NCBI GenBank assembly: GCA_043800555.1
Contig: JAZDMX010000007.1
Span: 26,683-90,682, forward strand
Direction of reading: 5' to 3'
DNA length: 64,000 bases
DNA from: Candidatus Omnitrophota bacterium
GTDB taxonomy: Bacteria; Omnitrophota; Gorgyraeia; Gygaellales; Profunditerraquicolaceae
Of the stretch, positions 41,807 to 52,957 are shown one piece after another. The translations under genes were made by a program, and so were the position numbers. The notes under the pieces are model-generated. The model saw only the letters and a list, made by a program, of their open reading frames with translations, had not been told where the DNA came from and did no database searches. The number at the start of each line of letters is the position of its first letter. The first letter of the stretch is position 1.

Positions 41807-43716
41807 TCCCAGGTCTCCAGCACCTTAAGCGCCTTACTCCTTAACTGCCTGTTCCAAAAAAACCTTCTCTTGCTCAAAATCGCCAAATAATCCCGGGCCT
41901 TTCTTGCGTTTAATTCTTCCACAACCAGGATATTTTCTAAAATCAACCGGTTCTTCAGTCCCCACGGGCTGGGAATGCCCAAAAGGATACCCGCTGCCCT
42001 TTGGAGAGCGGCTTCGTCTTTAAGTAAAACCGCCAACGCCTCTTTCTTTAAAATTGTGTTTTCCCCTTTAAGTATGGAAAACAGGAATTCCGAATCAAAA
42101 ATCTTGCTTGAACGCATCCCCCTTAGCACTTCAATCTTAATCAAGTCGTTGCCAAAAAAGAATATTTCTTTTAAAACCGCCGAAGAAACCCCTAAATCGA
42201 TACGGCTTACTATTCTTATGATCCGGCCTAAGAATTCAAAGTCGGAATATTTCTCCTTCAAACGCTCGTAGAATACGCCCATTTGCGAAGGAAAAAACTT
42301 CAAGAATAGCTTTACTCCGCATACGCTCGGGTTCTTTTCTTCAAATATCCTATCGAGGTAGGAAGCGGCCGGTTTGGAAATATTTTCTAAATTTTCGGCT
42401 AAATATTCCAATTCCCCGGATGGCTCTGCCTCCCAAATGCAATCCTCAACTAGCCGGGAAATATGCGCCCGGGCATTCTCCGCAAGGTCCCGGGGCATTC
42501 CCCACTTATATTGCTTCAAGGTAATTGATAAATCCTTCAAGAACCCGAAATCTTTCTCCTTAGCCAGATCATCCCATTCATTATCCAGCCTTTTTAGGAT
42601 AAGCGAGAGGTGTTCCGGGGTCTCCTCCTGCGATAATAAATCAAGGATAATCATGCGGTAATTGACGCGAAGCTGCCGGCGGTCAAAGAGAAAGCTTCCC
42701 GTTGGAGAAATGTCTCTGGTCAAGGCAATAAGGGCGCTACGGTAAGTATCCGGGATCATCCCCTCATCCGAGCCGGATAATAAATCCGTTATCCTTTTAA
42801 GCATCGCGGGGTTATTCTTTAATCCTGCTTTAGCCTCTGCGTTATTTGCCAACCCCGAGGCAATTCTCTCCGTATGAGCCTCACCGGCAAGCCGGGAAAA
42901 TAACCCAAGGTTCAAAATATTTAGCTTACCGCTTGCTAACTGGGAGGAAATGGCGTCGGAAAGGTCTTTATCGTCAAAATTCCTGAATATCTCTTGCAAT
43001 TTCCCGATGTTTTCGGCGTTAACCTGGGTAGCGGAATTGATTATTAATCCGGAGAGCTCCCGGGAACACTCGGAGAATTTACCTTTATCCCTGTTTTTTA
43101 AATGCCCGAGGAAAGCAGACATATTACCCCTTAACTTATCATCCTCGACAATATCTTTAACGCTAAGGTTATTGACCCCCTTTATGAAATTAACCGCAAA
43201 TTCGGTAATTTTCCGTTCATCCCGGCCTTCCATTGTATGCTGAAACATATACAGCCAGACATCCTTGACATCTTCTCCCTGCGAGCCTAATAATGCCGAA
43301 TAATCCAGGTCTTCAACAAAGATATGCTGGATTCTTTCTTTTCTCAATAATCCGCCTAGGCCTCCGGACCTTATTATTTCTTTAGGCTGTAAAGACAATA
43401 TGCTTAAGAAATCCGCCAGCTCTTCGGCGGTTAGGGCCGGCTTGAACTCTATGCTTTTAATCTTACGCTGGTGCAATGTGCGGGCCAACTCTAAAGAAAA
43501 GGCGACCTTTTCCACAACTTTCCCGTCTAGAAACAATGATTCAGAAGATACGCCTACTCTTACGGAATTTAAGAAGTTAAATACTTGGTCTATTTTATCT
43601 TTAAAGTCTTGGGCGGTTTTCAGGAAGAATGGGTGCTGGCGGGAATAGGCCAGGGAGTTATTGATGGCAGCGCGCAGACCGTTTAGGAATTCAATCAGGG
43701 CCTCTTCTTTGTTCAT
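41803..43716 (-). CDS. Large helical (HEAT-repeat-like) protein sharing an N-terminal domain with the HD-GYP protein
   Basis: 637 aa; helical repeat-like C-terminus (LIKIEVLRGM, ILKKEALAVL, QLRSKALKVL); ATGA overlap with the HD-GYP gene. Confidence 0.75.
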   Translation of the reverse strand: MNKEEALIEFLNGLRAAINNSLAYSRQHPFFLKTAQDFKDKIDQVFNFLNSVRVGVSSESLFLDGKVVEKVAFSLELARTLHQRKIKSIEFKPALTAEELADFLSILSLQPKEIIRSGGLGGLLRKERIQHIFVEDLDYSALLGSQGEDVKDVWLYMFQHTMEGRDERKITEFAVNFIKGVNNLSVKDIVEDDKLRGNMSAFLGHLKNRDKGKFSECSRELSGLIINSATQVNAENIGKLQEIFRNFDDKDLSDAISSQLASGKLNILNLGLFSRLAGEAHTERIASGLANNAEAKAGLKNNPAMLKRITDLLSGSDEGMIPDTYRSALIALTRDISPTGSFLFDRRQLRVNYRMIILDLLSQEETPEHLSLILKRLDNEWDDLAKEKDFGFLKDLSITLKQYKWGMPRDLAENARAHISRLVEDCIWEAEPSGELEYLAENLENISKPAASYLDRIFEEKNPSVCGVKLFLKFFPSQMGVFYERLKEKYSDFEFLGRIIRIVSRIDLGVSSAVLKEIFFFGNDLIKIEVLRGMRSSKIFDSEFLFSILKGENTILKKEALAVLLKDEAALQRAAGILLGIPSPWGLKNRLILENILVVEELNARKARDYLAILSKRRFFWNRQLRSKALKVLETWE

Positions 43717-43725
43717 CGAATTTTT

Positions 43726-43753
43726 ATTTTACTCCTAAAACCGCAAAGTTCAA
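43726..43753 (-). promoter_or_regulatory. Putative promoter with very short leader for the helical-repeat/HD-GYP pair
   Basis: TTGAAC-16 nt-TAAAAT; ATG 9 nt downstream. Confidence 0.45.
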
Positions 43754-43800
43754 CAAGAAAATCTCTAATCTCTAATGCGCTAGCAAGATAAGAAAGGAAG

Positions 43801-43857
43801 ATGGGGACGTTTCTACTTTTCCCGGCCTGGTTACCAGAAAAGTAGAAACGTCCCCAT
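43801..43857. repeat. Perfect 21-bp inverted repeat after atpC; probably also the atp terminator
   Basis: ATGGGGACGTTTCTACTTTTC-15 nt-GAAAAGTAGAAACGTCCCCAT. Confidence 0.9.
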
Positions 43858-43873
43858 TTTATACCACTCCTGT

Positions 43874-44124
43874 TTAGAACAAGAGCACGGTGGCCTTGTT
43901 CCTGACAACCTCAATAAAGCCTTTTCCGTTATTGTTGATTACCGTTTCTTTTCCCTGATTATCCCTGTAAGTTATCCTGCCGCAAGCTAAACTCGCGATT
44001 AAGGGGGCATGATCTGCTAAAACGCCTAAATATCCTAATGCCGCCGGGACCACCAAAGAGCAAACCTCGCCCGTAAATATCGTCTTTTCCGGCATCAATA
44101 TATCAAGCTCAAAGATTTTCTCCA

Positions 44125-44125
<1 letters not shown>
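43874..44125 (-). CDS. atpC: ATP synthase epsilon subunit, N-terminal domain only
   Basis: PAALGYLGVLADHAPLI, GFIEV..N; 83 aa with no C-terminal helices. Confidence 0.9.
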
Positions 44126-45540
<1,415 letters not shown>

Positions 45541-45572
45541 TTAACTTAAGGGTGGCGCCATGGCTATTCCAA

Positions 45573-46427
45573 TCACCCCTTTAAGGCTTCTGAAGAAGAA
45601 ATAATCTCCATTATCTCCTGCGTAATATTTGCCTGACGCACTTTGTTCCTTAATAAAATCAAGCCCTGCAATAAATCTTTGGCATTATCCGTTGCCGCCT
45701 TCATTGCTACTGTCCTGCTTGAATGCTCCACGGTAAAAGCTTCCAAAAGAATCATTTTCAATTTCATAAAAACGTATTCGGGGATTATTTCGTTTAATAT
45801 AGCCCCTTTCTCCGGCTCCAGGATATAACTGGTTTTAGCCTCAAAGGGGCAATCTATATTAAGGAACTTTTCCAATCTTTGCTCGTGTATCAAAGCCGTC
45901 TTGAAATGCGTATAGGCTATATGCACCTGGGAAACCCGTCCGGAAATAAAGATTGCTTTAAGGTTGTTTGATATTGCGCTGGAAACCTTCTCGGAATAAC
46001 GGCCGTTTAAGCCTACATAGGCATTCAACACATTAAAGTTATTCTTTTTAAAATAGTTGAACCCTTTTCTGCCCACGCAAACCAAATCCATCTTTTCTTT
46101 CCCCCGGGAATTACAGAAATTCTCAGCCGTGCGGATAATTTCGTTATTATACACGCCGCACAAACCGCTATCCGAAGTAATTATACAAAGGCATGTCCTA
46201 TCGGAATTACTTTTCGCTTCAAGAAACGGATGGGCTGACTGCGGCAGGTTTCCGATAAGGTGATTCATAATAGCTTCGAGGCCATTGACAAAAGGCCTTA
46301 TGGCAATCAGGGATTTCTCGGTCTTATTCAACTTTGCTACCGAGACCATTTCCATGGCAGCGGTAACCTTCTCGGTATTCTCGGTGCTACGGATCCTGTT
46401 TTTTATGGTTTTCAGGGACTGGATCAT
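45573..46427 (-). CDS. atpG: ATP synthase gamma subunit
   Basis: [39 protein letters not shown]. Confidence 0.96.
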   Translation of the reverse strand: MIQSLKTIKNRIRSTENTEKVTAAMEMVSVAKLNKTEKSLIAIRPFVNGLEAIMNHLIGNLPQSAHPFLEAKSNSDRTCLCIITSDSGLCGVYNNEIIRTAENFCNSRGKEKMDLVCVGRKGFNYFKKNNFNVLNAYVGLNGRYSEKVSSAISNNLKAIFISGRVSQVHIAYTHFKTALIHEQRLEKFLNIDCPFEAKTSYILEPEKGAILNEIIPEYVFMKLKMILLEAFTVEHSSRTVAMKAATDNAKDLLQGLILLRNKVRQANITQEIMEIISSSEALKG

Positions 46428-47953
46428 AACTTATTCTCTTTCTTAAATTCATCTCTGCAAGCTAAAATCAAAGCGTCCATTTTCTCCATAAGCGCCTCGC
46501 TAAGCTCTTTCCTGGATTCTATTTCGCTTAAGACTTCGGAATGCCTGCTGTCTATATACCCTAATAACTGCCCTTCGAATTTCTTTATTAATTTTACCGG
46601 AAGTTCATCCAGGAAACCGCGGGTGGCGCAATAAATGACCATTACTTGTTTTGATACCGGAAGCGGGTTATACTGGTCCTGTTTCAAGATCTCCACCACC
46701 CTTTCGCCCCGGACAAGCTGGGCTTGAGTTGACTTATCCAGCTCCGTTCCAAACTGGGTGAATGTCACCAACTCCCTATACTGCGCTAAATCCAGCCTAA
46801 GTTTTGCGGCAACCTGGCGCATTGCTTTAACTTGGGCCTTTCCTCCAACTCTTGAAACCGATAGCCCCACGTTGATGGCCGGACGGACTCCGGCGTAAAA
46901 AAGGTCATTCTCCAGGTAAATCTGCCCGTCGGTAATAGAGATGACGTTAGTGGGAATATAGCTGGTAATGTCTCCTGCCTGGGTTTCGATTATCGGAATT
47001 GCCGTAAGCGAACCTGCCCCCAGCTCATTATTCAATTTAGCGGCCCGCTCTAAAAGGCGGGAATGTAAATAAAACACATCTCCCGGATAAGCCTCTCTTC
47101 CCGGGGGCCTCCTTAAAAGCAAAGAAAGCTGCCGGTAAGCCTGGGCATGTTTTGTCAAATCATCATAAATAATTAAAACGTGTTTTCCGGAATATAGAAA
47201 CTCTTCGCCCATAGCGCACGCCGAATAAGGGGCCAAGTATTGCAAAGAGGCGCTGGCGCGGCTGGAAGCGCTCACAATAGTCGTATAAGCCATAGCGTCG
47301 TATTTCTTAAGCGTTTCGGAAATACTCACTATACTAGACATCTTCTGGCCTATGGCGACATAAATACAATATACGCCCTTGTTTTTTTGATTAATTATGG
47401 TATCGACAGTAATGGCGGTCTTGCCTGTCTGGCGGTCGGCGATGATTAATTCCCGCTGGCCGCGGCCGATAGGCGTAAGCGCATCAATCGCCTTTATGCC
47501 TGTCTCAAGAGATTCGGTTACGGGCTGGCGCTCTACTACGTTCGGGGCTTGGGATTCTATGGGGCGGAATTTAACCGCGTTAAGCGGCCCCTTGCCGTCA
47601 ATGGGCTTTCCCAAAGCGTTAACCACCCGGCCGACTAACTCCGGCCCAACCGGAACTTGCACGATTTTACCCGTCCTCTTTACAATATCGCCCTCCTTGA
47701 TATCTTTGTCCGGGTTATCCGTGCCAAAAATTACAACACCCACGCTTTCCTCTTCAAGATTCAAAACCATGCCCATAACGCTTCCGGAGAATTGAACCAG
47801 TTCCCCAACCATTACATCATCCAAGCCATGGATACGGGCAATAGTGTCTCCGACCTGGATAACTGTTCCGATAGATTCCGAACGTATCCTCGATTTGTAT
47901 CGTTCCAGTTCATGGCGGATAACTGAACTTATTTCTTCCGGTTTTAGCGTCAT
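46424..47953 (-). CDS. atpA: ATP synthase alpha subunit
   Basis: [47 protein letters not shown]. Confidence 0.97.
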   Translation of the reverse strand: MTLKPEEISSVIRHELERYKSRIRSESIGTVIQVGDTIARIHGLDDVMVGELVQFSGSVMGMVLNLEEESVGVVIFGTDNPDKDIKEGDIVKRTGKIVQVPVGPELVGRVVNALGKPIDGKGPLNAVKFRPIESQAPNVVERQPVTESLETGIKAIDALTPIGRGQRELIIADRQTGKTAITVDTIINQKNKGVYCIYVAIGQKMSSIVSISETLKKYDAMAYTTIVSASSRASASLQYLAPYSACAMGEEFLYSGKHVLIIYDDLTKHAQAYRQLSLLLRRPPGREAYPGDVFYLHSRLLERAAKLNNELGAGSLTAIPIIETQAGDITSYIPTNVISITDGQIYLENDLFYAGVRPAINVGLSVSRVGGKAQVKAMRQVAAKLRLDLAQYRELVTFTQFGTELDKSTQAQLVRGERVVEILKQDQYNPLPVSKQVMVIYCATRGFLDELPVKLIKKFEGQLLGYIDSRHSEVLSEIESRKELSEALMEKMDALILACRDEFKKENKL

Positions 47954-47954
47954 A

Positions 47955-48497
47955 TTAAACCCTCACGGTCAAAAGCTTTTCCCTGAGATCACTTAATCCC
48001 CGAGCCACTGTCCCGTCAATTATGGTATTGCCGATAATAACCTGCACGCCCCCGAGCATGCTGCCGTCCAAATCTATATAGAACCTAAAACTCCGGTTAA
48101 ACTTCTTTTCCAGTCTTTCTTTTATCTCTTTCACCAAGTCCAAATCCAGCGGGAAACTTGTCCTGAGGATAGCTTCGGTCTCTCCCAGGTGCGCATACGC
48201 CACTCTTACGTAATCGGCGATATCGTGTAGCTTGTCAATGCGGTTCTTCTGAATGAGAAGTTTTAGAAACTGGCGGAATTCCGGAGAATAATCCTGCCCT
48301 AAAACTTTATCAATGAAATCAACCTTCTCGTTTTCCGAAAGCTCAAAGCTCCCCAAGAGCTGTTTAAATTCCGGATTAGCCTGCATAAGTAGCTTCAAGG
48401 TCTTAAATTCCTCCGCCGCCCTTTCAAGGCCGATCGTCTCTTTAGCAAAATCCATAAACGCCTCGGAGTATCTTTTTACTACGATTATTTCTCTCAT
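47955..48497 (-). CDS. atpH: ATP synthase delta subunit
   Basis: [24 protein letters not shown]...IDGTV. Confidence 0.92.
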   Translation of the reverse strand: MREIIVVKRYSEAFMDFAKETIGLERAAEEFKTLKLLMQANPEFKQLLGSFELSENEKVDFIDKVLGQDYSPEFRQFLKLLIQKNRIDKLHDIADYVRVAYAHLGETEAILRTSFPLDLDLVKEIKERLEKKFNRSFRFYIDLDGSMLGGVQVIIGNTIIDGTVARGLSDLREKLLTVRV

Positions 48498-48508
48498 TTT
48501 GCTTAAAA

Positions 48509-49003
48509 CTAAAGCTTATCTACCTCATCCAGAAAATCTCGCACCAGTTTCCTGTCCCCTGTTTCGGTAAGCTTCTCCTTTATTATGTTTTCGGAGGCCT
48601 TAATGGTCAAATCAACAATCTCATTCCTAAGCTCATCCTTGGCCCGGGTTAACTCGTATTTAATATTTTCTTTAGCGCTATCGATGATCTCCTGGGCTTG
48701 TATATGGGCGTCTTTACGAGCATCCTCTAAGATTACTCTTGACTCATTAACGGCATCGTGGATTTTGCGTTTGGCGACCTGTTCAATAGAAACAAGCTTG
48801 GCGTCATAATCCAGCCGGATCCTATCGATGTCATCCCGGGCTTCTTCTATTTTCTTGAATTCAGAGGCAATCCTTTCTTTGCGCTGATCCAGGAAACCAA
48901 GCACCTTCTTCCAGGCAAAGGCCCTAAGCAAGGCCAACAGGATCAAAAACCCTATTATCTGGGCGACAATTTCATTAGTGCTTAAAAGCTTGAGCAATTC
49001 CAT
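48509..49003 (-). CDS. atpF: ATP synthase b subunit
   Basis: QIIGFLIL TM, FAW, LDQRKERI coiled coil; start moved to MELLKLL (the ORF-track extension is repeat-derived). Confidence 0.93.
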   Translation of the reverse strand: MELLKLLSTNEIVAQIIGFLILLALLRAFAWKKVLGFLDQRKERIASEFKKIEEARDDIDRIRLDYDAKLVSIEQVAKRKIHDAVNESRVILEDARKDAHIQAQEIIDSAKENIKYELTRAKDELRNEIVDLTIKASENIIKEKLTETGDRKLVRDFLDEVDKL

Positions 49004-49015
49004 CTTACCCCCCAG

Positions 49016-49071
49016 ATTCCAATGCGGGTTTGGAACAAGCAATAAAACCAGTTCCAAACCCGCATTGGAAT
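49016..49071. repeat. TTCCAATGCGGG-family doublet, copy 3 (atpE/atpF)
   Basis: ATTCCAATGCGGGTTTGGAAC-14 nt-GTTCCAAACCCGCATTGGAAT. Confidence 0.95.
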
Positions 49072-49088
49072 TGGTTAAGACTCACAAA

Positions 49089-49319
49089 TTATAATTTTCC
49101 TGCTAACACAAACGCAAAAACCAGCGCGTAAATAGTCAAGGCCTCAATAAAAGCGCAACCGGTTGCCATGTTAATCAATATCTTAGTTGCCGCTTCCGGT
49201 TGCCTTCCAGTTGCTTCCATAGCCGAAGCAACTGCTTTGCCTAAGCCTAATCCTGAGCCAAACGCGGCCAAACCTAAACCTAAAGGCAATGCTAAAGCTA
49301 ATGCTACCTTATAATCCAT
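49089..49319 (-). CDS. atpE: ATP synthase c subunit, probably H+-coupled
   Basis: GxGxG helix, RQPE loop, IEALTIY; lacks the Q and ES(T) Na+ signature. Confidence 0.96.
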   Translation of the reverse strand: MDYKVALALALPLGLGLAAFGSGLGLGKAVASAMEATGRQPEAATKILINMATGCAFIEALTIYALVFAFVLAGKL

Positions 49320-49447
49320 TTTTTCCTCCTCAATTTTCCTGTAGTTTTCCCAAAAGATTAACCCCGGGCGCCCGATCTCCCCTGTCAGGCCCGATGAATA
49401 CTTTTCATTACCTTATCCCAAAAACTGGCCCCGAGGCCCCAGCTAAT

Positions 49448-50233
49448 TTAATGCCGGATAAGGGATTTCTCTTCTTTATCTTCGCCTTCGTGAGTTAAAA
49501 CGAGGGCAAAATATATGGTTGTTAAAAGGCTAAAAACTACTGCCTGGATTACTCCGGCTAATATCGCTAATAAAGCGCTAAACACTAATAACGGCACGCC
49601 TGCCAAGCCAAATCCGGCCAAGACGGATAAAAGCATATCGTCGCCCCAGATATTGCTGCGCAAACGTAAAGACAGGCTTATGGGCCTGACTAATTCCGAA
49701 ACAATGTGCAAAAAGAACATCATAGCCGGGACAAAAACCGAAAAAGCCAATATCCCCCGGGGCCTGCCCATCATATGGTCCAGGTAACCTAAAAACCCAA
49801 GTTCCTTAAAAGCGGTGTATTGCACGTAAATAAAAACGCAAATGGCCAAGGCCAAAGTAGTCGACCAGCTGGCGGTAGGAGACTTCATGAAAGGAATTAT
49901 TCCGAAAAGATTCATAAATATTATGTATATAAAAAGCGTGCCGATAAAAGGGGTATACCTTCTTGCCTTTGGCCCCAGTATCCCGCAAACAAAATCATCC
50001 AGGCCTCCGACAACTACCTCTACTGCGCTCTGAAGCCTTCCCGGAACCATTTTCTGTTTTCGCGATGCCAGGTATACGATCAAAGTAATAATAAAAACGG
50101 CAATAAGAGAGAATAAAACATTCTCCCAGAGATAAATTTGCTCCCCTAAATGGGTTTTTTTGCCGATTAATCCGGCTAATAATGAAACTAGATTCGGCAG
50201 TTCATGTTGGGCTTGTGCTGCTTCGACGGCCAT
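49448..50233 (-). CDS. atpB: ATP synthase a subunit
   Basis: PGRLQ, NLFGIIP, SPTA, RPISLSLRL, IQAVVF.LL. Confidence 0.95.
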   Translation of the reverse strand: MAVEAAQAQHELPNLVSLLAGLIGKKTHLGEQIYLWENVLFSLIAVFIITLIVYLASRKQKMVPGRLQSAVEVVVGGLDDFVCGILGPKARRYTPFIGTLFIYIIFMNLFGIIPFMKSPTASWSTTLALAICVFIYVQYTAFKELGFLGYLDHMMGRPRGILAFSVFVPAMMFFLHIVSELVRPISLSLRLRSNIWGDDMLLSVLAGFGLAGVPLLVFSALLAILAGVIQAVVFSLLTTIYFALVLTHEGEDKEEKSLIRH

Positions 50234-50568
50234 ATTCCGGATACCCCCAAGACCAATATCACCAGAGACATTCCTGTTAATAAGCTCGCAACAGGAAGAA
50301 TATTCCAGGTGATGACCAAAAAACCCAATAAATATAATACCGGGAATTTGATCAAAAGCAATAATAAAAGCTTGTTCTTCGCCCGTTTGAGCACGGCTAT
50401 TTCCAATAAATTTATAGTGAGCAGGAAATTTGCCATTAACCAGCTGGCCCCAACGAGAATCCCGGCGCTAAAGGCAAAATTATGCCTAACCCCGAAAATT
50501 AAAGCAAGGCTAAATACCGCGATAACGCTTATATTTATAGGCCTATCCAGCCTCTGGCGCATCAGCAT
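50188..50568 (-). CDS. atpI: AtpI-like membrane protein
   Basis: About four TM helices, directly upstream of atpB. Confidence 0.7.
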   Translation of the reverse strand: MLMRQRLDRPINISVIAVFSLALIFGVRHNFAFSAGILVGASWLMANFLLTINLLEIAVLKRAKNKLLLLLLIKFPVLYLLGFLVITWNILPVASLLTGMSLVILVLGVSGIWPSKQHKPNMNCRI

Positions 50569-50804
50569 TCTTTTTTATCTATCCGGCTAACCAGCCTGAT
50601 TATCCTTATCGACTCCCTTATTCCTACCACGATGCCTATTGCGATACAGATAACGAGAGCATAAAAAGGCAGGTTGAATTTCTTTTGCAGATAATCGCCT
50701 AAGAAAAAACCGGACAAAGGAGAAACTGCCAGTATTATGGGAATGTACGAAATCATCCCCGCGATCTTAATCCTTTTATATAGATCCTGCCGGCTAGTTG
50801 CCAT
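50562..50804 (-). CDS. AtpZ/AtpI-family small membrane protein (first atp gene)
   Basis: Two TM helices with GFFLGDYLQKKF; first gene of the operon. Confidence 0.75.
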   Translation of the reverse strand: MATSRQDLYKRIKIAGMISYIPIILAVSPLSGFFLGDYLQKKFNLPFYALVICIAIGIVVGIRESIRIIRLVSRIDKKEC

Positions 50805-50871
50805 AAACTTAAAAATGGCGCCTGCACCCTTTTAAAAAGAGCCGAGGACGCCACTGTCCGATACTGGTAAT

Positions 50872-50899
50872 ATTCTATCTCCTATTTACCGCTTGTCAA
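50872..50899 (-). promoter_or_regulatory. Sigma70 promoter for the atp operon
   Basis: TTGACA-16 nt-TAGAAT. Confidence 0.7.
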
Positions 50900-50901
50900 G
50901 G

Positions 50902-52881
50902 CTAAACTCTTATCGGCAATACGACAAAAGGTATTCCCTCCCTGTATAATTTTTTCTGCATGGCAAAAACCGTATAATTATGCAGGAACCGGATAGCAAA
51001 CGAATCCTGGGGGAAAATAAGCTGGCCGCCGAAAAATACCGAGTTTGGAAAACGCTCCAGGATTCGGGGCGCGATATTGCCTACCTCCTCTACCACGTCC
51101 GTCCCTACCTCAAATACTCCTTCGGCGTAAAATCCCTGCTTATTCATGAACTTGACGTAACGGATAATATCCGATTTGGCTTCTGTCTTCAACCTGCCGA
51201 CTTCGCTTGTGCCTTTAAAGTTCCCGGCATCAACTATACCTATCTGGACAAAAACAAAGTTTTTGAAGACGCCTCCGAATAATCTTATGATGCCAAACAA
51301 GGTATGCAAGCCTATGCCGTTAAAACCGCTTACCAGTAATACCGCGGTCTTGGACTTAGGATCAGGCTTTATCTCTTTGGCTAAATTAACAGCAGGATTC
51401 AATAGGGCCTCTTCGGCTGATTCTGCCACGGTAACCAGATTATTCAATCTATGCAGGAGCTTTGCGGTTTGATAATAATGCCGCTTTACAAGAATCGCCA
51501 CCACAATCAATGACCCGGTAAAAAACAGAGTGATCCACCCTCCTTCGCCAAACTTAACTATTATCATGGACACAAGTATAAAAGCGCACAAGATAAAGCC
51601 GGTGCCGTTAATAAAAAACTTTTTTATCCAGCCTTTAACCTGGGAACGCACCTGCCACCAATGCCGCACCATACCTGCTTGAGAAAAACAAAAAGTAATA
51701 AATACATTAATGCTATATAAAACTACCAAAAGCTTTACTGAACCGCCGGTTACAACCATAATCAGTAAAGCTAAACCGCCCATAATTAATATGCCATTCT
51801 GGGTTACTAATCTATCGCTTAAAGCTGAAAACCGGTTAGGAAACCAACGGTCGTTAGCCATGTTTGCCAGGACTGCGGGACCCCCAAGGAACCCTGTCTG
51901 GGCGGCTACAAAAAGCAGGGTAGCTTCTGAGAATAAAGCGACTAAGACAAATACGTAGCCCGATTTTCCCCATCCTGCGGTAACCTGTTCAAAAAGAGTG
52001 GCGTTCAATGTCTTACCAGGTTCCAGGGTGACCTGATAAAGTAAATAAGCGATCATCAAACCCAACACTACAAAAGACAGCGATATAGCCATATAACGCA
52101 TGGTTTTTTTGGCGGTTTTTACTTTTGGTTCCCGCAAAACGCTTGTACTGTTGCTAACCGCTTCAATACCGGTAAATGTTCCCGCGCCCATACTGTATGC
52201 CTTAAGAATCAGGAAAATAGTGCCCCACAAGCCTAAACTTGAAACGGTATTATGCACTTCGCCTGCCGTAGAAGCTATCAACGCGCTTGAACCCGATGAG
52301 TGCTTAAACAAACTATAAAAAATAATAAAAACGTGGGTAACTATAAAGGTAAGGAAAATCGGGGTTAATACCAATACTGATTCTTTTATCCCGCGCATAT
52401 TCAAGACCATAAGCGCAAAGACTGCTATAACCGCGAAAAACAGCCTATACGCGTGTAGGCCCATAGGCATAAGGCTAAACAACGCGTCCGCTCCGCTGGC
52501 AACAGAAATAGCGATAGTCAAGACATAATCGATAAGCAAGGCGCATCCGGAAACCATCCCCAGCGTAGGCGATAACAGTTTACTCCCCACTAAATATCCG
52601 CCTCCGCCTCCGGGAAATAACTCAATTATCTGCGAATAACTGGTGCTAATGACAAAAATAGTGAGCACTGTGCCTAAGGCGACAAAAATGCTTAAGTAGG
52701 TATGCGTTCCTAAAGCAAGAAAGGCTTCCTGAGGCCCGTAGCAAGATGAGGATAAGCCATCCGCGCCTAAACCTATCCAGGCAAAGAAAGCTATCAGCGA
52801 TATTTTATGAAAAATCGTGGAATCCTGAGGATCCCGCGACTTTCCTATTACCAGATTCTTTATCCGTTGAATCAGAGACAT
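50902..52881 (-). CDS. APC-superfamily transporter, KimA/YdaO-like (putative K+ uptake)
   Basis: ADGLSSSCYGPQE, SYSQII..FPGGGGGY, LLIDYVLT, TGIEAVSN, LYSINVF; cytoplasmic C-terminal domain. Confidence 0.8.
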   Translation of the reverse strand: MSLIQRIKNLVIGKSRDPQDSTIFHKISLIAFFAWIGLGADGLSSSCYGPQEAFLALGTHTYLSIFVALGTVLTIFVISTSYSQIIELFPGGGGGYLVGSKLLSPTLGMVSGCALLIDYVLTIAISVASGADALFSLMPMGLHAYRLFFAVIAVFALMVLNMRGIKESVLVLTPIFLTFIVTHVFIIFYSLFKHSSGSSALIASTAGEVHNTVSSLGLWGTIFLILKAYSMGAGTFTGIEAVSNSTSVLREPKVKTAKKTMRYMAISLSFVVLGLMIAYLLYQVTLEPGKTLNATLFEQVTAGWGKSGYVFVLVALFSEATLLFVAAQTGFLGGPAVLANMANDRWFPNRFSALSDRLVTQNGILIMGGLALLIMVVTGGSVKLLVVLYSINVFITFCFSQAGMVRHWWQVRSQVKGWIKKFFINGTGFILCAFILVSMIIVKFGEGGWITLFFTGSLIVVAILVKRHYYQTAKLLHRLNNLVTVAESAEEALLNPAVNLAKEIKPDPKSKTAVLLVSGFNGIGLHTLFGIIRLFGGVFKNFVFVQIGIVDAGNFKGTSEVGRLKTEAKSDIIRYVKFMNKQGFYAEGVFEVGTDVVEEVGNIAPRILERFPNSVFFGGQLIFPQDSFAIRFLHNYTVFAMQKKLYREGIPFVVLPIRV

Positions 52882-52894
52882 TTGCCAAAAACCC

Positions 52895-52957
52895 AGCTAA
52901 TTCCAATGCGGGTATGGAACCGGTTTAACCGGTTCCATACCCGCATTGGAATTAGCT
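52895..52957. repeat. TTCCAATGCGGG-family doublet, copy 4: perfect 31-bp arms with a 1-nt centre
   Basis: AGCTAATTCCAATGCGGGTATGGAACCGGTT-T-AACCGGTTCCATACCCGCATTGGAATTAGCT; overlaps the hppA stop. Confidence 0.97.

Noticed and set aside
49004-49057. N-terminal extensions in the ORF track for atpF, the nuoB-like, nuoH-like and nuoK-like genes, msbA, frr and ttcA
   Set aside because: They read through repeats, promoters or the upstream gene; downstream starts fit family length and most have an RBS
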